From positions 707 through 64,706 of the forward strand of contig CAZFWN010000007.1 in the NCBI GenBank assembly GCA_964522745.1: a stretch of DNA of 64,000 bases, written 5' to 3'. This DNA is from an uncultured Ktedonobacterales bacterium (GTDB lineage: Bacteria; Chloroflexota; Ktedonobacteria; Ktedonobacterales; DATBGS01). Below, piece after piece: positions 46,222 through 54,053 of this stretch. Under the pieces are notes generated by a model, which saw only the letters and a list, made by a program, of their open reading frames with translations, ran no database searches and had not been told where the DNA came from. Position numbers and translations under genes: made by a program. The first letter of the stretch is position 1. Each line of letters opens with the position of its first letter.

Positions 46222-46698
46222 TCAGTCCAAAATATCGATATAGACATAGAGATCCCCATTGATGATCTTGTGTTGGAATTGGCGCAGCGCGTAGGGAGGT
46301 GGCCCGCCGATGACTCGGCCCAGCCGGTCATAGACACCGCCGTGGCAGGGGCATAGGTAGACCTGTTTATATGGCTGCCATTGAATAGGGCAGCCCATAT
46401 GTGTACAACCGTTGTAAAAGGTAAAGAGTTGGTTGCCCGTTTGAAGGACGAATACCCCGACTGGCCGCGTGGTCTGGAGCCCATCTCCAACAATAGGAAC
46501 GTTGACAGCGAATTCGGTTGGTTTATTTGGTGGAATTCCGGCTATTGGACCGACTCGAACCCAGCTCGTTGGCTGTGGGGCAAAAATGACCCCGATCAGA
46601 TAGCCGGCTACCGGTATTGCTACCAGCGCTGCCAGTGTGCCCTGGATAGCAGCATTGCCGGCGATGAAGAACTTACGCCGCGAGATTTTCTCTGCCAT
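46222..46698 (-). CDS. Rieske [2Fe-2S] subunit with a Tat signal
   Basis: The product starts 'MAEKISRRKFFIAG' from the ATG at 46698. The cluster boxes are 'CTHMGCP' and 'CPCHGGVY'. Confidence 0.9.
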   Translation of the reverse strand: MAEKISRRKFFIAGNAAIQGTLAALVAIPVAGYLIGVIFAPQPTSWVRVGPIAGIPPNKPTEFAVNVPIVGDGLQTTRPVGVFVLQTGNQLFTFYNGCTHMGCPIQWQPYKQVYLCPCHGGVYDRLGRVIGGPPPYALRQFQHKIINGDLYVYIDILD

Positions 46699-46758
46699 AA
46701 TGCCAACCCCTCTCTGAGTCCTGGTCTCTATCAGGTGACATGGAGCCACTCCATTCAG

Positions 46759-46995
46759 TTATTGATAAGGAATCTTGATAGCGATAAACATCGGGAGTAC
46801 CGAGGCCAGAATAATCAATACGGTCGTAATCCAGATAAAACTCATCAGCGAAAAGAGCGCATAGCGACGTTTGCGCCAGAGGCTGGGAAGCTGCGCAACC
46901 ATGACAACCAGGGGCACCAGAATAAAGACTGAGAGTAGAAAGATAACAAGCCCCCAGCCTATCCATGCCTCAAAATTTATTTGAACACCTGTCAT
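46759..46995 (-). CDS. 78-aa two-helix membrane protein (possible small subunit)
   Basis: It has two hydrophobic helices separated by 'WRKRR'. GAGGGAAAAG precedes the ATG. It is embedded between the bd-like and Rieske genes. Confidence 0.5.
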   Translation of the reverse strand: MTGVQINFEAWIGWGLVIFLLSVFILVPLVVMVAQLPSLWRKRRYALFSLMSFIWITTVLIILASVLPMFIAIKIPYQ

Positions 46996-47065
46996 GCTTT
47001 TCCCTCATTTCCAGGTCTGCTTTTCACTGATGAGCTATCTGCTCTTCTTCCTCATCGCCGCATAC

Positions 47066-48466
47066 TTATCTTGTTTGCTTAATAGGCAACTGTGGCAGCG
47101 GCATGGTGCCATTAATGACATTGGTTTGGGGATTGCTGTAGCGGATGCCGCCCATCACGATCATGATGAGTATCAGCACCACCGCCAGGCTCACCAGGGT
47201 CCATTGGGCTGCCGCGCCCATGTTGCCCCAGGTCCATCTGCGCTTCTCACGCCAGTAGATGAACAGCGTGAGCAGGGTAAAAACGACAAAACCAATCAGA
47301 CTGACGTACTTGGCGACCATTGAGCCAAGCACTGGAACGCTCTCCGGGATAATACCAAGCACGGTGAGTACGATGAGAGCGACTAGCCCCCAGGAGGTGT
47401 AGATGCGGATCATCTGCTCGTGCGAGGTCATCTGTCCTTCCCTGCGGCCCAGTCGCATCACCTGCTTGAGCGTACCCGCGCTGCGTAATTCTTCGGGGGC
47501 AAGCGGTCCACTGCCGGCGCCGACCCGCATGGCTGTCAGAGCGCGCGCCCCCTGGCGCTCGATAGCGGCGCGTCTGATGCTGAGCCACATATAGAGATCA
47601 GAGAGAACAAAGGTCAGGCCGACGAGCGCCATCTGAAGCAGCCAGGCCCAGGATTTATCGCCCAGCATCATGCGATAATAGGTGGTTGGATTGCCGGCCT
47701 GAATCCGCAAGACGTAGAAGTAACCAACAAGTGGCTGGAACATCTCAAAAACAATGCCCCAGAGAAAGCCAAAATGTGCTACCCAGTGGTAATAGGCCCG
47801 ATCCAGCGAACTGCCGCGCCGACGCTTGCGCCAGGCGCGCCAGCCACCCCAGCCGGCGAGTACGAATCCGGCATACGAAATATTGCCGATAATGCGGTGG
47901 AAGAGTTCTGGTCCCCAGGTAGCGTTAAAGGCGGCGCTCACGGCATCCCGGCCATTGGGCGTGAGCATATAGGAGGTCCATATGGTAATCAGGACAATAA
48001 AAGCCGTCTCTGCGAGAGCATAGACGTAAATCAACGATTGATGTAAGACGCGGTGCCCTTCACGTTTCGGCCAGAGATAGGCATAGGCGATGAGGGAGAG
48101 GGTCATAGTAATCCAGGAGCCGAAGATGGCGAGCAGCGGGGCAAAGAAAAGGCTCGCCATAATTGCCATCAGGCGTGGATAAAGACCGAACATCAGGACC
48201 AGTCCAAAAACTGCCAGAGTGGCCCCAAACGAATAAAGCTGGACCAGGAACCAGGCAAATGTTTTGGAGAACCGCTCCCAGGGTTTGCTTTGCTTGTGCG
48301 GGGCCACACTTCCACTGACCGCCAGAATAATCGCGGTGCCCATGATGAAGGCGACCACCAGGATATGGAACTGCATGACAATCCCGATGGTGTAGCCATT
48401 AGGGATGAATGGAAAGTGAATAGGGCCTGGCCCCAGGTTTGGACTAGGCATGATGGGTTGCTCCAC
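47066..48466 (-). CDS. Cytochrome bd subunit-I (CydA)-like membrane protein, paralogue A, no Q-loop
   Basis: 466 aa and Cys-free. 'QFHILVVAF', 'LFHRIIGNISYAGF' and 'YYRMMLG' align with paralogue B and with CydA. The start is GTG 48466 or ATG 48451. Confidence 0.65.
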   Translation of the reverse strand: MEQPIMPSPNLGPGPIHFPFIPNGYTIGIVMQFHILVVAFIMGTAIILAVSGSVAPHKQSKPWERFSKTFAWFLVQLYSFGATLAVFGLVLMFGLYPRLMAIMASLFFAPLLAIFGSWITMTLSLIAYAYLWPKREGHRVLHQSLIYVYALAETAFIVLITIWTSYMLTPNGRDAVSAAFNATWGPELFHRIIGNISYAGFVLAGWGGWRAWRKRRRGSSLDRAYYHWVAHFGFLWGIVFEMFQPLVGYFYVLRIQAGNPTTYYRMMLGDKSWAWLLQMALVGLTFVLSDLYMWLSIRRAAIERQGARALTAMRVGAGSGPLAPEELRSAGTLKQVMRLGRREGQMTSHEQMIRIYTSWGLVALIVLTVLGIIPESVPVLGSMVAKYVSLIGFVVFTLLTLFIYWREKRRWTWGNMGAAAQWTLVSLAVVLILIMIVMGGIRYSNPQTNVINGTMPLPQLPIKQTR

Positions 48467-48525
48467 TCATAGATGAATCTGGCGATGTCATCTCTCTACA
48501 AAGACTGATTTGCACTGGCCCCTCC

Positions 48526-49365
48526 TCAGCAGAAACGCTTGATTTTCCAGACGGTGCCCCCGATGCCGACGCTTGCCAATGCGACGAACGCAGCGGCAGT
48601 CAGACTATACAGCAGCGGATTCGCTGAGCCAGCCAAAAGCTGCCGGACCAGGGTGACGGTATGGCTCACCGGATTGACCAGCGAAAGAACGTGCATCCAG
48701 CCGGGCAGCAGGTTATCTGGTAGGAGCGCGTTGCTGCCAAACAGGAAGAGGAGAAAGAGGAACATCTCAATCAACATGAGCGCCTCAACACTTCCGGTCA
48801 GCAGGGCCACCAGATAGGACAGTCCGGCAAAGGCCAGGCTAAAGACGATGAGTATCCCTAGCACGCCGAGCAAGCTGGCGAATCCAGCCTGTACGGGGGT
48901 GTGCAGGAGCGCAAGCAGCGCCAGCAAGATGAGCGCCTGGAGCAGCGTGCGCGTGCTATCGGCCAGCGCCTTACCGAGCAAAATGGCGCTGCGGTGGATA
49001 GGGGCTGCCGCCAGGCGTTCGAGAAAGCCGGAGTCTCTATCCCCCAGCAGGCCAATTCCGGCGAACGACGAGCCAAACAGCGCGGCGATGACCAACATGC
49101 CAGGCGCGAAGAAGCTCAGTGACTGGCTGGCCGAAAGGCCGGGCGTCTGGTGGATGCTGGTAAAGAGTTGGCTCAAGAGCCAGAGTGTGACCGCCGGCAA
49201 GACTAACACCAGGGCCAGTACCAGCGGCAGCCGCAGCGTCTTCTGCCAGGCCCGGCAAAAGAGCCAGAACGTTTCTGACGCACAAGCTCTGATGCCCGTC
49301 TGGCCTTGCGTCGGGTGTTGCACTTGAGCTAGCTGGCCCTCTGAGAAGATGGCGAGTTGCCTCAT
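48526..49365 (-). CDS. ABC-2-type transporter permease
   Basis: 279 aa with six TM helices in the ABC-2 layout. A 4-nt overlap joins it to the upstream ATPase gene. Confidence 0.8.
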   Translation of the reverse strand: MRQLAIFSEGQLAQVQHPTQGQTGIRACASETFWLFCRAWQKTLRLPLVLALVLVLPAVTLWLLSQLFTSIHQTPGLSASQSLSFFAPGMLVIAALFGSSFAGIGLLGDRDSGFLERLAAAPIHRSAILLGKALADSTRTLLQALILLALLALLHTPVQAGFASLLGVLGILIVFSLAFAGLSYLVALLTGSVEALMLIEMFLFLLFLFGSNALLPDNLLPGWMHVLSLVNPVSHTVTLVRQLLAGSANPLLYSLTAAAFVALASVGIGGTVWKIKRFC

Positions 49366-50465
49366 ACCTGCCCTCCTTGCGCCCTCTGGTGTCGAAACGG
49401 AGATCGTTTCTGGCGGGCATCTCTCTCAGCAGCGGGATGTTGAGCAGCAAAAGCTGTACTGGCGCTGGCTAGCTGCGATCCGGTAGCGTGAAAAAAGACA
49501 TCTTCCAGCGTTGGATGGCTGAGTGTGAGCCGGCGCAGGTGCAGTCCGGCAGTTTCAAGCAGCCGCGCTAGATGCGGGATGGCCTCCGGCCCATCGGTCA
49601 CTTCCAAACTGAGTTGGCCCTCCGCCTGCCCACTAGAGACGGCCTGAACCAGCGGATGCTGTTGGAGCAGAAGGCGCGCTGGTGCTGCCTGGTCTGGCTC
49701 GCCAGTCTCGATAGTGACCATATCTCCCTGAATCTGTGCTTTCAGCGCGACAGGTGAACCCTCCAGGATGAGCTGCCCATGATTCATCAGTGCGATACGT
49801 CCGCAAGAGCGCTCGACCTCCTGCGTATCGTGACTGGAGGCAATGATGGTGAGTCCTGCTTGCTGAAGTTCCGCCAGATAGCCCCAGAGGGCGGCTTTGC
49901 CGGCGGTGTCAAGCCCGGTGGTTGGCTCATCCAGCAGCAGGAGATCGGGGTGATGGATCAGGCTGCAAGCCAGCGCCAGCCGCCGGCGCATGCCACCGGA
50001 GTAGTGCGCCACGCGCCGGTTGGCGTGTTCGGCCAGTCCGAGCAGTTCCAGCAAGACCTGGGTGCGCTGCCGCAGCGCAGTGCTGCGCAGGCCATGCAGC
50101 CGCCCGGCCAGCACGAGATTGCCGCGTCCAGTCAGATACTCATCTACACCGCTGCGCTGCGCGACGTAGCCAATGCGCCGGCGCGTGGTGATGTCCTCTC
50201 GTCGGATTGGGAGACCAAAGAGTTCGATAGTGCCCTGAGATGGAGCGAGCAGCCCCGCCAGCAGCCGCAGCAGGGTTGTCTTGCCCGCGCCGTTTGGCCC
50301 AAGAATACCCAGGCATTCCCCTGAAGCCACCTTCAAGCTGAACGTGTCCAATGCGCGAGTGCCATCTTGAAAGGTGACAGAGACGTCTTCCAACCGCGCG
50401 ATGCACTGGCTGACGTCGGTAGCTGTCTGCTGAAGGCCAGCCTGTGAGGGCTTACTTATAGCCAT
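49362..50465 (-). CDS. ABC transporter ATP-binding protein (DrrA-like, with a C-terminal extension)
   Basis: Walker A 'GPNGAGKTT', signature 'YSGGMRRRLALA', Walker B 'LLLLDEPTTGLD'. The ATG at 50465 (GAGGGA 4 nt upstream) overlaps the end of the preceding gene by 14 nt. Confidence 0.85.
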   Translation of the reverse strand: MAISKPSQAGLQQTATDVSQCIARLEDVSVTFQDGTRALDTFSLKVASGECLGILGPNGAGKTTLLRLLAGLLAPSQGTIELFGLPIRREDITTRRRIGYVAQRSGVDEYLTGRGNLVLAGRLHGLRSTALRQRTQVLLELLGLAEHANRRVAHYSGGMRRRLALACSLIHHPDLLLLDEPTTGLDTAGKAALWGYLAELQQAGLTIIASSHDTQEVERSCGRIALMNHGQLILEGSPVALKAQIQGDMVTIETGEPDQAAPARLLLQQHPLVQAVSSGQAEGQLSLEVTDGPEAIPHLARLLETAGLHLRRLTLSHPTLEDVFFHATGSQLASASTAFAAQHPAAERDARQKRSPFRHQRAQGGQV

Positions 50466-53184
50466 AACGTCCCTCGTGGAAATCGCCAGTGGTGCGCCAC
50501 TTCTCAATGACGCGGTCTAAAACCTCGCTGCTCACCTCGGCAACGCCCATCTGTCGGGCGTTGCCCTCTACTGACTGGATCACCTGGCCCTTCACGAAAT
50601 CGGGTACTTTTTCCATCCGCTGCTCGGCTTCAGTTGTCCAGTTCAGACGTGGTTCCTGGCGTTCGCGGATGTGTTCAGAAACTTCGCCCCAGAGGCCGTA
50701 TTTGACCTCCATCGCTTCAGGCGTAATCAGCCGGCCCAGGTTCTTCTTATAGGCTGTCCATTCGACGCGCCAGCGGGTGAGGTCACGGCAGAAATCTGGC
50801 ACCTCTTCGAGCCTCGCCAGTGCTTCCGGTGTCCACACAAAATCCAGTTGATAGGTTTTCTCGCTCGCCGGATGTCCGTAGCCCAGCTTTTTTCCCATCT
50901 GGGCGATAAATTCTGGCGTCACTTCATTCAGACCCTTGCGCTCGGCGATCTGGAGCGCTGCATTTTCGACAAGCTGACCAGCGCGCCCGGCGGAAGCCTT
51001 GCCGCTCGCTTCTGAGCGCTGAGCCAGAGATTCGATGTGTTCCCGCGCCGCTTCGCTTACCGCTGGCCGTTCTGCCGCCTCTGTCTGGGACTTCGACGTT
51101 TCTTCGTTGTGTGAAACCGGACAGGTTCCCTGGCTGATGTTGCTTGTGGCTCCATTGTGAGGAACTGGGCATACTCCATTGGCTGGGCTGGTACTGGTGT
51201 TTGGCTTTTTCTTGCTCTGGCGGTCCATTTTGGCCTGGATCATTGCCACCATTTCGCCCTTGGCGAGTTCAATCCCTGCTTCGGTGATTTCCAAGGTGAT
51301 GGTGCTGGCCTGAAGTTCCGCCGCATGACGGAGGATAATATCCTCAGTCATCTCGCGCATATAGCCATCAGGCACACGCTCCATGCGTTGTTTGGCTTCT
51401 GGTGTCCAGCGTATCTGCACAGTTTCCAATAAGCTCTGCTCGCTCGTGTCTGTGCTTTCCTCAGGCCGTTCTGCTGGTATTGGTGCTGCACTCTCAGGCT
51501 TGGGGGCGGCTTCAGTTGGCTGATGGAGTGGTGGCTGCTCTTGGGGCTGTGCTGTTGGAGCGTTGGCGTGCAGGGTACTCAAATCACCAATGGTTTCCTG
51601 GACAATGGGATTGGCAAAATCAACGGTGACGGCTGGAAGGCGCTGTACCCGCGCCATCTTTTCAATGCGTGCTTTGGCGCGGCGGCGCGCATAGGCATCG
51701 GTCATCGTCCAGAGCAACTTCTTGGCTTCTTCGGTCCATTTGACCTTCACGCCATCAAAGCTCGTCTCCTCGGAGAGCGCGCCTTCCTGCGTGGCAGTCT
51801 GCTCGATCAAGCGCTTATCAATCAAGGTGAAGCGAGCCGGCCCGGAGTGGCAGACCGGGCAAGCAACAGGTAATACGTTGCGCGCAGCATAGCCACATTC
51901 CCCGCAGATATAGGTCACATCTTGATCGGGCGACGTGGCGCGCTCTTCGATGGCGATGGTCCTGGCAGCCACGCCCATCGCGCGCGCTGCCGATTCTGGC
52001 AGAATATCGCGCACTGCGTCATCGACAATGCTATTGGTAATCACTGAGTGCCCGCGCTCCATAGCGTAGCGATGAATGGCGGTGCGGGCGATGCCACGCA
52101 CAAACACCGGCACTTTTTCCATGCGGGCGCTGGCCTCATGAGTCCAGGTGATGGTTGCTTCGGCGCGCATATCAATTTGGGGAACATAGGTGCTGCTGCA
52201 CAGCAGGATATTGCAGGAGACCTGGCGCAAGAGCGCGTGGCTGTTACTGCCGATATCCATGTCCTGATCGCTATGCACCCCGATGCGGCCCATGACCAGC
52301 AGCCAGGGGCGTTCGCGCCTGGTCCACTGCGCAATCTTGTCCCAGGCTTTGCCATCCATCAAGGTGACTTTGAGTTCGACGCCCTCTTCAGAGGCGATGC
52401 TCTTGGCGATCTGGAGATGGGATTCATAGATTTTTGCCAGGCCGGTATCAATGATCTCTTCATGGAGTTGTTCCTGCTCTTTGAAGCGGAACACTTTTGA
52501 GGCTTCTTGTGAGAGGACCGTCACAATGTTATTGAAGACTGAATAGTGCAGATAGGGATCATAGATGGCAATGGCTTCTACCGGGCGATTGAAGGCGCGT
52601 CCTAGCTCAAGCGCTATCTTCAAGCCGCCAAATGACTGGGGGCTGCCATCGATGGCGACGGCAATGCTGCCGTCGCGCTGCTCGTGCCAGGGGCGAGTAT
52701 CTTTCATCACCAGGGTATCGGTCCTGACGCGGCGGATGACCCGCTCGCAGACGCTGCCGATCTGGCTCTCTTTGACGGCGCCCATGCCCAGCGCGCCCAT
52801 GATGACCATGCTATACTGACTCGCTTCGATGTCTTTAACCAGTTCTTGCCAGTTTTGTCCATCAAAGGTTTTGTCCTGAAAAGGGATCGCAGCTATCTTG
52901 CAGCGCTCTTCCATCACGTCCAGATAGGAATCAGAAATCAGGCGCAGGCCGCGCGTGATCAGCGTATCGTGAATTTTGCGCTGGCGCTCCAACTCCTGCT
53001 CTTCCTGATATTCTTCAGGCAGGGTATATTCCATTTGCTTGAAGCGGTAATCGTGCATGCGCGCGGCATAGACATGGCTGCCAATCAGTTGAGAGCCGAA
53101 AGCGCGGGCAAATTCGATAGCTACATCAACAGCAGCATTGGAGTAATCAGAGTTATCAACGGGAACGTAGATGCTTTCAAACAT
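50452..53184 (-). CDS. Multidomain protein: 2 x universal stress protein (USP) domains + rubredoxin-like zinc ribbon + 5-6 PCP_red (BchB C-terminal-like) repeats
   Basis: The ATG at 53184 (AAGGAG upstream) gives 910 aa. 'MFESIYVPVDNSDYS' and 'IAVAIDGSPQS' are USP starts. 'CGECGY...CPVCH' is the knuckle pair. Repeats of the form WT(x)EA...(V/I)P(x)F(V/x)...: 'ITWTHEASARMEKVPVFVRG', 'VKWTEEAKKLL', 'IRWTPEAKQRMERVPDGYM', 'FVWTPEALARLEEVPDFCR', 'LNWTTEAEQRMEKVPDFVKG'. Confidence 0.75.
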   Translation of the reverse strand: MFESIYVPVDNSDYSNAAVDVAIEFARAFGSQLIGSHVYAARMHDYRFKQMEYTLPEEYQEEQELERQRKIHDTLITRGLRLISDSYLDVMEERCKIAAIPFQDKTFDGQNWQELVKDIEASQYSMVIMGALGMGAVKESQIGSVCERVIRRVRTDTLVMKDTRPWHEQRDGSIAVAIDGSPQSFGGLKIALELGRAFNRPVEAIAIYDPYLHYSVFNNIVTVLSQEASKVFRFKEQEQLHEEIIDTGLAKIYESHLQIAKSIASEEGVELKVTLMDGKAWDKIAQWTRRERPWLLVMGRIGVHSDQDMDIGSNSHALLRQVSCNILLCSSTYVPQIDMRAEATITWTHEASARMEKVPVFVRGIARTAIHRYAMERGHSVITNSIVDDAVRDILPESAARAMGVAARTIAIEERATSPDQDVTYICGECGYAARNVLPVACPVCHSGPARFTLIDKRLIEQTATQEGALSEETSFDGVKVKWTEEAKKLLWTMTDAYARRRAKARIEKMARVQRLPAVTVDFANPIVQETIGDLSTLHANAPTAQPQEQPPLHQPTEAAPKPESAAPIPAERPEESTDTSEQSLLETVQIRWTPEAKQRMERVPDGYMREMTEDIILRHAAELQASTITLEITEAGIELAKGEMVAMIQAKMDRQSKKKPNTSTSPANGVCPVPHNGATSNISQGTCPVSHNEETSKSQTEAAERPAVSEAAREHIESLAQRSEASGKASAGRAGQLVENAALQIAERKGLNEVTPEFIAQMGKKLGYGHPASEKTYQLDFVWTPEALARLEEVPDFCRDLTRWRVEWTAYKKNLGRLITPEAMEVKYGLWGEVSEHIRERQEPRLNWTTEAEQRMEKVPDFVKGQVIQSVEGNARQMGVAEVSSEVLDRVIEKWRTTGDFHEGRYGYK

Positions 53185-53197
53185 GGTGGCTCCTTGG

Positions 53198-53803
53198 TTA
53201 CATACCGAGACTATTATCCTGGGTTGGGAAGGATTGGAAGTTAAGTGTGAGGCTGCTGCTGCCTGCATGAATATCAAAGACTATTGAACAGGTGTATGGC
53301 TGGTTCGGTTGCAGTTGTGCTTGGAGAAAATTGGTCGTTTTTTGCCACGCTGAAAGCCGCGCGGTGGTCTGGGCATCGCTTTTGTAGCTCTTGTTCGCAG
53401 CAGTATCCTCAAGCTGGAGCATGTCGGCGGTAGGCTGTTGTGGGGTATTGGTCAGATTGGTGAAAGTGAAATCAATCACGATAAATTCACCGCGCGCCTT
53501 CACCAGATGCGATCCCAGACGGAGCGCCATCGTGGCATGGGCAGCATTGATCTTCCATTCGGTGTTGCCTACATCGAAGATTTGCCCAAATTTGTGAGGC
53601 GAGTCTTGCTGCTGTTGTAGCTGCATCATCTCGCCCAGGAAGGGGTCTCGCTGTGCTGCCTCCTTGCTGATTTGACACCCCATCAAGAGGCTGCCAAGCG
53701 CCAGCATCAGGAGGAGCAGCCCAGGCAGGCGAAAGCGTTGAACGAGATGCAAAGCGCGCTGCCGGCTGATGAGCCGCAGCACTGACTGTTGCTGTTCTTT
53801 CAT
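53198..53803 (-). CDS. DUF4352-like lipoprotein
   Basis: Lipobox 'LLMGC'. 'ARGEFIVIDFTFTNLTNTPQQ' and 'YTCSIVFDI' follow the Ig-like DUF4352 pattern. The stop lies 13 nt before the next gene's ATG. Confidence 0.6.
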   Translation of the reverse strand: MKEQQQSVLRLISRQRALHLVQRFRLPGLLLLMLALGSLLMGCQISKEAAQRDPFLGEMMQLQQQQDSPHKFGQIFDVGNTEWKINAAHATMALRLGSHLVKARGEFIVIDFTFTNLTNTPQQPTADMLQLEDTAANKSYKSDAQTTARLSAWQKTTNFLQAQLQPNQPYTCSIVFDIHAGSSSLTLNFQSFPTQDNSLGM

Positions 53804-54053
53804 AGCAATCCAGGTATCTTGGATGTAATAAGACCATCACTGGCAATGCGATGTGCCTCTGAAGCCAGTGTAGAGGGGCGAGGTAAAAGGGTAAGGGAAA
53901 GAGGTGAATAGTGGGTGAACAGGCTCTAGCATGGTATGGGGCACGGGCAGGCAAAGTAGAGCAAGTGACAAGGCAGCAGCGATGAGAGGGGTGATACTGC
54001 TGATCTATCCGCTGCCTTGCTGCTCGATGTGTTGAGCAATGTTGGATAGATGC

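Noticed and set aside
51847-51906. 'CPVCH' matches the heme c attachment motif CXXCH, which might have supplied the missing cytochrome c of the neighbouring bc-type cluster
   Set aside because: The protein has no signal peptide or TM helix, so Ccm/Sec-dependent heme attachment is unlikely. The motif is paired with 'CGEC' 15 residues upstream, the classic rubredoxin/zinc-ribbon knuckle arrangement.
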